DNA from: Desulfatiglandaceae bacterium
GTDB lineage: Bacteria > Desulfobacterota > DSM-4660 > Desulfatiglandales > Desulfatiglandaceae
Direction: 5' to 3'
Assembly (NCBI GenBank): GCA_049282265.1
Contig: JBAPTR010000162.1
Span: 39,814 to 71,813, forward strand
Length of the DNA stretch: 32,000 nucleotides
The stretch's first letter is position 1, and every line of letters begins with the position of its first letter. The position numbers and the translations under genes are program-made. Under the pieces are notes generated by a model. That model saw nothing but the letters and a program-made list of their open reading frames with translations, was not told where the DNA came from and made no database searches. This document shows positions 25,901 through 32,000 of this stretch, in pieces.

Positions 25901-27268
25901 ATGGCCATTGTGGCCAGCTATTTTGCGGGGGAAAGCTATGGCCTTCTCGGCCCCCAGCTGGCCGCAACCGTGATAGAAGAAAACACCCCCTATGACTGCA
26001 TTGTTATTGCCGTTACCAGAGAGGATGGAAAGTCCGCTCTCAGACAAGCGCTCGCAGCCTTTTTCGGATCTCAGGTCCCCATAGTCGGGTTTTCTGGTCT
26101 GGGCGGACGGCAGGATCTCTTCCGACTTGCCGGAGAACTGAAAGATAAGGGTGCCATCACAATCCTTGCCGGGCCCCAGTCTGATGTGGATTATTTGGGA
26201 GAAGTGGACTGGCAGGTCCACGATCATCGCTTCAAGGGGTTTTCAAACGAATTTTCTTTTGCCCTCCACGGCCCTGCCGAACAGATCATCAATTTTCTGG
26301 ACAATACGGATACAAATGCAGCTGAACAAATACCGGGGCTCATCAAATACGCTGATGATGGAAGCCTGCTTCGCAATCCTGAAAAATCCTGGAAACATCG
26401 CTTTCTGAGGAAAGTGAAATGGGACAACGTGTTCAGGGTAGAAAAAGCAGGGCTCAAACCCCTGAAGGTTACCACCGGCCAAGTGCTTCAGCAGATCGGT
26501 TGCCCTTATGCGGCTCAGGGAAGATGGATAGAGATTGACTATCCTGTATCGCTCTCTCAGGGACATGACCGTAAAGTCAGGCTCTTCTCAAAAGGGTGCA
26601 GTTTCTGTGACGTGGCCGTGGACAAAGGATTCTGCGGGATCATGGACATGGAGACGGTTCTGGCCCAGATCCAATGCCTGCCGCATGGAGATGATAACAG
26701 GAAGATCCCTTTTGAGCTTATCAACGAAAATGCCTGTGCGGGGCTCCGGGATTTGCTCTCAGAGACCCGGGAAAAAGGTGTAATGCTCACTCAGGTCAAC
26801 CTCACGGTGAGGGCCGACTGGTTCATCAAGAGTGAGAATAGATTGAGGCAGGCGTTGAAACTGGCCAAGTCCATGGGCACCACGATTCACCTGGGATCGA
26901 TGGGATTTGAGTCTTTTGACAACAGCATACTGAGAAATCTGAACAAAGGGGTGAACGTCGACACAAACCTGCAAGCAATTCAGTTGATCCGCCATCTGAA
27001 AGAGGACTATCCCGAGCACTGGACATACTCCAGGGCTGACGGCTCTATTCACGGCTTTATTCACCCCACTCCGTGGGACACGGAGCAAACCTGGGCAAGT
27101 ATTCAAACGACTTTCAGGGAACATGCCCTGCCCCTGGACATCCTCCCCGACCACAGCATTCCCCTCATCATCCATCATGCGTCCGCATTAGGAGATTGGA
27201 TAAGGCAGATAGAAAAAACAGAGGGCCGGACGTTCAAGAGGCTCGATACAATAATCGAATGGTGGTGA
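25901..27268 (+). CDS. B12-binding-domain / radical-SAM-like protein with a non-canonical Cys motif (function unknown)
   Basis: The start is set at ATG 25901 (MAIVASYFAGESYGLLGPQLAA...). The N-terminal Rossmann-like segment resembles the cobalamin-binding domain of class B radical SAM enzymes. The core has GCPY-x..-KGCSFC (C-x31-C-x2-C) and a GSMGFESFDNSILRNLNKG block, like the radical-SAM G.ES motif. Assignment is by pattern only. Confidence 0.45.
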   Translation: MAIVASYFAGESYGLLGPQLAATVIEENTPYDCIVIAVTREDGKSALRQALAAFFGSQVPIVGFSGLGGRQDLFRLAGELKDKGAITILAGPQSDVDYLGEVDWQVHDHRFKGFSNEFSFALHGPAEQIINFLDNTDTNAAEQIPGLIKYADDGSLLRNPEKSWKHRFLRKVKWDNVFRVEKAGLKPLKVTTGQVLQQIGCPYAAQGRWIEIDYPVSLSQGHDRKVRLFSKGCSFCDVAVDKGFCGIMDMETVLAQIQCLPHGDDNRKIPFELINENACAGLRDLLSETREKGVMLTQVNLTVRADWFIKSENRLRQALKLAKSMGTTIHLGSMGFESFDNSILRNLNKGVNVDTNLQAIQLIRHLKEDYPEHWTYSRADGSIHGFIHPTPWDTEQTWASIQTTFREHALPLDILPDHSIPLIIHHASALGDWIRQIEKTEGRTFKRLDTIIEWW

Positions 27269-27402
27269 TGATTAGCAGCTGATTCATACCCCCTTACGCT
27301 CCTGCTCATGTATGGGTTCTTGGGGGCTGACGCTCTCTTTTGTATATTGCTCTTCCGGAAGGTCAAAACGGAGGCTTCCGGATTGAGCGATAATAACAGC
27401 TC

Positions 27403-27590
27403 TCTCTTACTGGCGTCTAATATTCTCCAGTAAAGCACTGCCACAATTGAAGCTGACACCACATATGTTGCGGTAGATTTTTCCTTGACGCCTAATTGGA
27501 ATTATTTTATAGTCTTTCACAACAAAGCGAGTTCTTATCAATAGAAAACGATTTTTTATCAACTCAACTCATCTCAACCAACTGATGCAT
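27403..27590 (+). repeat. direct repeat copy 1 (promoter-bearing cassette)
   Basis: The core 27403-27520 aligns with 28961-29069 at about 90% identity by eye (...GCGTCTAATATTCTCCAGTA.AGCACTGCCACAATTGAAGCTGACACCACATATGTTG.GGT.GATTTTTCCTTGAC...TATAGTCTTTCAC). A weaker tail shares TTATCAACTCA-type words. Confidence 0.75.
27485..27513 (+). promoter_or_regulatory. near-consensus sigma70 promoter inside repeat copy 1
   Basis: TTGACG, 17 nt, then TATAGT. Confidence 0.5.
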
Positions 27591-27772
27591 CGAAGAAAAT
27601 TTTAAGAACAATTCTCTGGGGTGGAATGATCATTGGTGCCGGCTCACTGATGGGTGGCTGCAAAGGTGTTACTCGAAATGATCTCCGCATTCGGCAAACC
27701 AGCTAAGCAGTGAACAGCTGATGACCATGGAAGATTAGCGGAAAGCGGCTCCCGCCGAAACAGGAGGCTCTA

Positions 27773-28429
27773 TTGGCTTTTTCTCCCCCCCCCTGGCTGA
27801 AAGAACGCTGGCCCCTTTGGGTTGCGAAACTCCTCCTTTTCCTCTCCAAGCTGGTCCGAACCAGGGCTTTCGGTCTGGACCAGTTTGATAAGATCCCCAA
27901 CTTCGCGACGGCCTTCTGGCACGGCGATGAACTGGCCCTTACGCCACGCTTCGGTTATATGGGCCTGACCATCCTCGTCAGCCACTCAAAAGATGGGGAC
28001 AGCATGACCAGGGCGGCGCAACTGCTCGGTTACCATGTCAAGCGCGGTTCTTCCAGCCGGGGGGGCGCGGCCGGTCTCATCGCCCTGATCAAGGCGGTGC
28101 GTGAAGGTCACAGTGTAGTACTGGCGGTTGACGGCCCGCGTGGGCCAAGGGGAGTGTGCAAACCCGGAATCATACGCCTGGTGCAAAAAACCGGTGTCCC
28201 TCTTTTCCCTGTCGGGGTGGCGGTTTCCCGAAAATGGACCTTTGAAAAATCCTGGAACAAAGCCTACATCCCTTTGCCGTTCTCCCGGCAGGTTGTTCTG
28301 GTGGGTAAACCCCTCGTAATTGTCCCTTCCTCTTCCGAGGAGGAGATGGAAAAAAACTGCCACGCCGTCGAAAAAGCGCTTCGTCAGGTCCATGATGAGG
28401 CCCAACAGAAACTCGAAGCCTGGTCATGA
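27773..28429 (+). CDS. DUF374-domain protein (lysophospholipid-acyltransferase-like superfamily)
   Basis: TTG start with AGGAGG (27762-27767) 5 nt upstream. Motifs: FWHGDEL, VSHSKDGD, RGSSSRGGAAGL, LAVDGPRGPRG and GVPLFPVG. Confidence 0.75.
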   Translation: MAFSPPPWLKERWPLWVAKLLLFLSKLVRTRAFGLDQFDKIPNFATAFWHGDELALTPRFGYMGLTILVSHSKDGDSMTRAAQLLGYHVKRGSSSRGGAAGLIALIKAVREGHSVVLAVDGPRGPRGVCKPGIIRLVQKTGVPLFPVGVAVSRKWTFEKSWNKAYIPLPFSRQVVLVGKPLVIVPSSSEEEMEKNCHAVEKALRQVHDEAQQKLEAWS

Positions 28430-28533
28430 CCCACTCCTGAGGGGCACGGCAAGAAAATCCTTTTCTCAATGGATTTAATTAGTTAAGCTTTATCAACTCA
28501 TCAATTCTGATAATATTTTTGCAGACATTGCAG

Positions 28534-28848
28534 ATGCCCCTCCCCTCTTTGACGGCGAGAGCCGATGCCGATGCCCTTGAATGGCTTGCAACCATGGCCT
28601 CCCTTGTCCCCAGGAAGGGAGAGCATATGGTCAGGTACTTTGGATATGACAGTAACGTATCCCGGGGTAAGCGGAAAGAATGGGACAGCAATTAACTGAT
28701 ACCCTCCATTCTGGAACCGGATGGCTCATCCAAAGAATACAAAAAAAACTGGGCAAGATTGATTCAAAAGATTTCTCTGACGATTACCTCTATTGCGACC
28801 CGGATTACCTCGTTGAGGCTTATGAACAGTGTTAATCCAAGGCCTTAG
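28534..28848 (+). mobile_element. decayed C-terminal remnant of an IS91-family (Y2 rolling-circle) transposase
   Basis: One frame reads ...DALEWLATMASLVPRKGEHMVRYFGYDSNVSRGKRKEW..* with an in-frame TAA at 28693-28695. It continues ...KEYKKNWARLIQKI.... The (V/I)RYYG.YSN..RGKR and (S/N)WARLI.KI blocks are as I recall for IS91-type transposase C-termini. The N-terminal ~3/4 of the gene is absent. Confidence 0.55.
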
Positions 28849-28960
28849 CCTCATGGCCTTTTAAAACCTGGCCTTTGAATCTCGGGGATTGGTGTGCCCG
28901 GATTACGCCCAAATGGCGTCAATTTCAGCAGATTCCTATCTCTCGAAGGACCTCTTTTAC

Positions 28961-29110
28961 TCGCGTCTAATATTCTCCAGTACAGCACTGCCACAATTGA
29001 AGCTGACACCACATATGTTGTGGTTGATTTTTCCTTGACACCCAATCGGAATTACTTATAGTCTTTCACGAAACAGCGCGTTTTGATCAACATCAACTCA
29101 ACGCTGATGT
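28961..29110 (+). repeat. direct repeat copy 2 (promoter-bearing cassette upstream of the rdhA-like gene)
   Basis: Aligns with 27403-27590, offset 1560 bp at the core. Confidence 0.75.
29035..29062 (+). promoter_or_regulatory. near-consensus sigma70 promoter inside repeat copy 2
   Basis: TTGACA, 16 nt, then TATAGT, about 95 nt upstream of ATG 29157. Confidence 0.5.
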
Positions 29111-29156
29111 AATTGCTTATTCTGGTTAGAGAAATATTGGCATGGGGAGGTGATGA

Positions 29157-30626
29157 ATGTTCATTACAATCTTAGTCTGGGTTGGAGCGGCACTCCTGAT
29201 TTTCCAGGCCGCAATCGGCCTGTCCTTTTTGATCTCCTGTATCTGGGAAAAAGAAGAACGTGCGTCCCTTTTTGCAGCAATTCAGTTTCTAGGCATGGTG
29301 GCGCTCATCTTTTTTTTCTTTTACCTGAAAGCGATCGATTTTTTCGAGACAACCACTGGTGCTTCTCTGTTGATTGCAGGTTTTGTTGCCGCGGGCGGAG
29401 CGGTATTTTTTCTGGTACGAAAGACTGCTCCAAATCCAAAGGCTTTGCAGGGGGCAAGAGGGCTTATTGTGGGGGAAGTCGAACGGTTTGATGAGAGGGC
29501 ACAGGTGTTTGCGCGGAATCGTTCCATTCCACCCGGTTCGGAGCAATATAGCAGATTTTACAATGACCACCCTGAGCTGGAGGAATATGACAGTGCGAGA
29601 CGCAAAAGAGGCGGCCCCCTGGGACATCTCGGTTCCATAGACAGCTCTTCCGGTACACCCAATGTTGCCGCTACTCTTGCAGCCCTTTCCATTCCCTTGC
29701 ACCTCTCCCGTCCTGAGCAGTATCAGCCTCAACAACACCCTCAATTCAAAGACAACAAAGTTGATCTGAGTCCGGAAGAGGCTACACAAAGAGTGAAAGG
29801 ATACGGGCTCATGCTCGGGGCCGATATGGTCGGCATAGCCGAAATAAACCCCCTATGGGTCTATTCCCATCGGGGAGAAATTTTCAACGAGAACTGGGAA
29901 GACTGGGGAACGGAAATCGATTTATCCCACAAGTATGCGGTGGTTATTGCCGAAGAAATGGATTTCAGGATGGTGGGCACGGGCCCGCATACGCCAACTG
30001 TTATCGAAAGCATGCGAAACTATGCAAAAGGGGCATTCATCTCCACCCAACTCGCTGCGTTCGTCGCCAACCTCGGCTATTCAGCCACGGCGAATCACCT
30101 TCGCCATTATGACACCATGCTGGTGCCTCTTGCAGTGGATGCCGGGTTAGGGGAACTTGGGCGTCTTGGATACCTGGTGACCAAGGCATACGGCCCAAGA
30201 ATCCGCCTGAGCGCGATAACGACAGACCTTCCTTTGATTCCCGACAAACCCGATGACATCGGCGTTGAGGACTTCTGCAAGATTTGCAAGAAATGCGCAA
30301 CCTGCTGTCCTTCAAGGTCCATCCCGTTAGGTGAACAAAAGCCGTTTGACGGGACGTTGCGTTGGAAGCTGAATGAAGAAACCTGTTTCGATTATTGGGG
30401 CAAGGTCGGTACCGATTGTTGTATCTGCATGCGCGTCTGTCCCTGGGGCCATGCCACCACCTTACCCCACCGCATAATCAAATGGGTTGTCAGCCGCAAC
30501 AGCATCTCACGTCGCATTTTTTCGGCCATGGATGATGTATTTTATGGCAAAAAACCCCGATCGAAGGACGCCCCGGCATGGGCAAGTTTCGGAAAGAAAA
30601 AAGGCGGTGATGAATTAACAACCTGA
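29157..30626 (+). CDS. membrane-anchored reductive-dehalogenase / QueG-family Fe-S protein
   Basis: GGAGG 6 nt upstream. Three N-terminal hydrophobic helices are present and there is no twin-arginine motif. The C-terminus has CKICKKCATCCP (C-x2-C-x2-C-x3-CP), and C-x12-C-x1-C-x3-CP (CFDYWGKVGTDCCICMRVCPWG), typical of RdhA/QueG. Confidence 0.7.
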   Translation: MFITILVWVGAALLIFQAAIGLSFLISCIWEKEERASLFAAIQFLGMVALIFFFFYLKAIDFFETTTGASLLIAGFVAAGGAVFFLVRKTAPNPKALQGARGLIVGEVERFDERAQVFARNRSIPPGSEQYSRFYNDHPELEEYDSARRKRGGPLGHLGSIDSSSGTPNVAATLAALSIPLHLSRPEQYQPQQHPQFKDNKVDLSPEEATQRVKGYGLMLGADMVGIAEINPLWVYSHRGEIFNENWEDWGTEIDLSHKYAVVIAEEMDFRMVGTGPHTPTVIESMRNYAKGAFISTQLAAFVANLGYSATANHLRHYDTMLVPLAVDAGLGELGRLGYLVTKAYGPRIRLSAITTDLPLIPDKPDDIGVEDFCKICKKCATCCPSRSIPLGEQKPFDGTLRWKLNEETCFDYWGKVGTDCCICMRVCPWGHATTLPHRIIKWVVSRNSISRRIFSAMDDVFYGKKPRSKDAPAWASFGKKKGGDELTT

Positions 30627-30645
30627 ACCAAAGGGAAAGGAGGGT

Positions 30646-30918
30646 TCACCCGCCGGCCAGCATAACGGTTATATAAATCTCATCCCCGTCCCGGACCGGC
30701 TTTGCCAGTTCTTCCGGATAAGCACTTTCCAGGTTTACATAAATCTCCATATTGTTACGCAGCTTTTCTCTTTTTTCGAACAATACTTCTCTAAAGGCGG
30801 GGTATCGGCCCACCAGTTGGTCAAGACATTGGCCGACTGTACTTCCGTCCACTTCAACCTTGCTCAAGCCATCCATATATTGACGATGCGTTTTATGAAT
30901 ATTAATTATGATACTCAT
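30646..30918 (-). CDS. MoaD/ThiS-family ubiquitin-like sulfur-carrier protein
   Basis: 90 aa ending in ...DGDEIYITVMLAGG (C-terminal Gly-Gly). AAAGGAG RBS. Confidence 0.8.
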   Translation of the reverse strand: MSIIINIHKTHRQYMDGLSKVEVDGSTVGQCLDQLVGRYPAFREVLFEKREKLRNNMEIYVNLESAYPEELAKPVRDGDEIYITVMLAGG

Positions 30919-30991
30919 ACTGAACTCCTTTCATATTCCAGGGACCAATCCCGTATTTATTTTTATTGGTCCAAACAAGGATATCATACAC

Positions 30992-31019
30992 TTGACTACC
31001 ACAGCAACAAGCATATAAT
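30992..31019 (+). promoter_or_regulatory. near-consensus sigma70 promoter for the FAD-subunit gene
   Basis: TTGACT, 16 nt, then TATAAT, about 100 nt upstream of ATG 31121. Confidence 0.5.
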
Positions 31020-31120
31020 CTAATCGCATTGTTCGTTTCGGATCCATACCTGAACCCACCACGACAATGTGCTGCCACATGTTTGATGACAAGAAAAAAC
31101 ATAAGAGGAAAAAAAGAGAT

Positions 31121-32000
31121 ATGCTCTTACCAAAATTCCGTTACCATGAACCTGCCACGCTGGAAGAGACCTGCGAGATGATGGCGGATCTGGGAAACCG
31201 GGCCAGGCTCCTTGCCGGTGGAACCGACCTCATCGTCAATATGAAAAAAAAGATCCTTGATCCCGAACACGTGGTGTTCCTGGGAAGGATTGAAGAACTC
31301 AAGGGAATCGATTCACACGACGGCACCATCAGAATCGGTGCCCTGATGACTGTGGCCGAGATTGCCGAATCCCCGGACATCAAGACCCCATTGCCCGCCC
31401 TTGCCCACGGTGCCTCCGTCCTGGGATCGCCCCTAATCAGGAATCTGGCCACTGTGGCGGGGAACCTGGTATCGGCCAGACCCGCCGCCGACCTCCCCCC
31501 TTCACTCATGGCCTACGCGGCCAAAGTTGTTCTCCGAAAAAAGGACCGCAAAAGGCAAGTCCCCTTGAAAGATTTTATCCAGGGTCCGGGCAAAACCGCC
31601 ATGGAGCCCGAGGAAATCCTCACGCATATTGTGCTCGACAGACCCCCTGCCGGCAGTGGGGCCGCCTACATCAAACTGGGGAAACGCAAGGCTCTCGAAA
31701 TATCCCTGGTGAACGTGGCCTCTTATCTTTCGCTGGACGAATCCGATGATTCTGTTGCTTCGGCCCGTATCGTCATGGGCGCCGTCGGTCCAACGCCCCT
31801 GCGGGCGACGTCCGCCGAGAAACTCCTGATCGGTGAAAACCCCTCCCAGCAGCTCTTTGAACGGGTCGGCGAGGCAGCGGGGCTGGAGAGCCGGCCCATA
31901 GACGATTTCAGGGGGTCGGCGGAATACCGCCGTGCCATGGTCAAAGTACTCACTGAAAGGACACTCAGGGCGGCCTATGAGCTGGCCCGGGGTTCATTGT
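31121..32000 (+). CDS. FAD-binding subunit of a xanthine-dehydrogenase/CO-dehydrogenase-family molybdenum hydroxylase (CoxM/HcrB-like), 3'-truncated by the window edge
   Basis: The frame is open from ATG 31121 to the window end (293 codons): MLLPKFRYHEPATLEETCEMMADLGNRARLLAGGTDLIVNMK...GSPLIRNLATVAGNL...FRGSAEYRRAM. It is absent from the ORF track because no stop lies in the window. Confidence 0.85.
   Translation, partial: MLLPKFRYHEPATLEETCEMMADLGNRARLLAGGTDLIVNMKKKILDPEHVVFLGRIEELKGIDSHDGTIRIGALMTVAEIAESPDIKTPLPALAHGASVLGSPLIRNLATVAGNLVSARPAADLPPSLMAYAAKVVLRKKDRKRQVPLKDFIQGPGKTAMEPEEILTHIVLDRPPAGSGAAYIKLGKRKALEISLVNVASYLSLDESDDSVASARIVMGAVGPTPLRATSAEKLLIGENPSQQLFERVGEAAGLESRPIDDFRGSAEYRRAMVKVLTERTLRAAYELARGSL

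Noticed and set aside
27175-27462. Minus-strand ORFs 27175..27462 (95 aa) and 28851..29045 (64 aa) sharing the peptide VSASIVAVLYWRILDASKR
   Set aside because: The shared peptide is simply the translation of the DNA direct repeat. The similarity stops where the DNA repeat stops, the flanks are unrelated, and neither ORF has an RBS. This is a repeat artefact, not a paralogous gene pair.
27403-29110. Possibility that the repeated sequence is a CRISPR array or MITE
   Set aside because: Only two copies exist, ~110-190 bp long and 1.5 kb apart. They have no short regularly spaced repeats and no terminal inverted repeats.
30919-31120. Moco riboswitch upstream of the MoaD-like gene, and cobalamin riboswitches upstream of the EutA-like (24131-24315) and rdhA-like (29063-29156) genes
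   Set aside because: I could not find the conserved cores, such as a B12-box-like GCCACTG context or the Moco-motif paired elements. The regions are short or dominated by promoter and terminator signals. A covariance-model scan would be needed to exclude them formally.
31121-32000. Specific call as 4-hydroxybenzoyl-CoA reductase beta subunit (HcrB)
   Set aside because: The diagnostic Cys-rich Fe-S insertion is not present in the visible 293 residues. Only the generic Xdh/CoxM-family FAD-subunit call is kept.

Overview
This 32-kb window is gene-dense and mostly + strand. Its gene content looks like a strictly anaerobic aromatic-compound degrader of the sulfate-reducing or syntrophic Desulfobacterota type; the taxonomy is inference from content only. 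No rRNA, tRNA or CRISPR array was recognised.

Gene order, left to right:
1. A DUF47 gene 3' end and a membrane metallophosphoesterase.
2. A LysR-controlled cluster. It holds a Tm-1-like UPF0261 ATP-binding protein, a split PEP-synthase-type enzyme (phenylphosphate-synthase-like alpha and beta), one UbiD-family (de)carboxylase, a receiver-only response regulator and an aryl/acyl-CoA ligase. These are followed by a second UPF0261 paralogue translationally coupled to an LpdD-like prFMN chaperone and UbiX.
3. A redox block: metF, a ferredoxin and metV, then iclR, two HdrA-like flavoproteins, an HdrC-like protein with a zinc ribbon and a small zinc-ribbon protein. It ends with a tungsten/molybdenum AOR-family enzyme and a polyferredoxin.
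4. An EutA-like ATPase next to a B12-domain/radical-SAM-like protein with a non-canonical Cys motif.
5. An islet bounded by a ~110-190 bp direct repeat that carries a near-consensus promoter. It contains a DUF374 gene and a decayed IS91-type transposase remnant.
6. A membrane-anchored RdhA/QueG-like Fe-S protein, a MoaD/ThiS-like protein and the start of a xanthine-dehydrogenase-family FAD subunit.

Most interesting observations:
- The carboxylation cluster is non-canonical. It has a single UbiD and no recognisable PpsC or small Ppc subunits, and UPF0261-LpdD-UbiX are coupled.
- The HdrA/HdrC-like/AOR/polyferredoxin set has no HdrB or MvhD. It may be a new electron-bifurcating or BamB-like module.
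- The iclR-promoter-metF module is duplicated, and the opposite gene has decayed in each copy. Copy A also carries a repeat-mediated 461-bp deletion.
- An EutA-like ATPase is paired with a B12-domain/radical-SAM-like protein.

All functional calls rest on motifs I recognise by eye. No database search was run.
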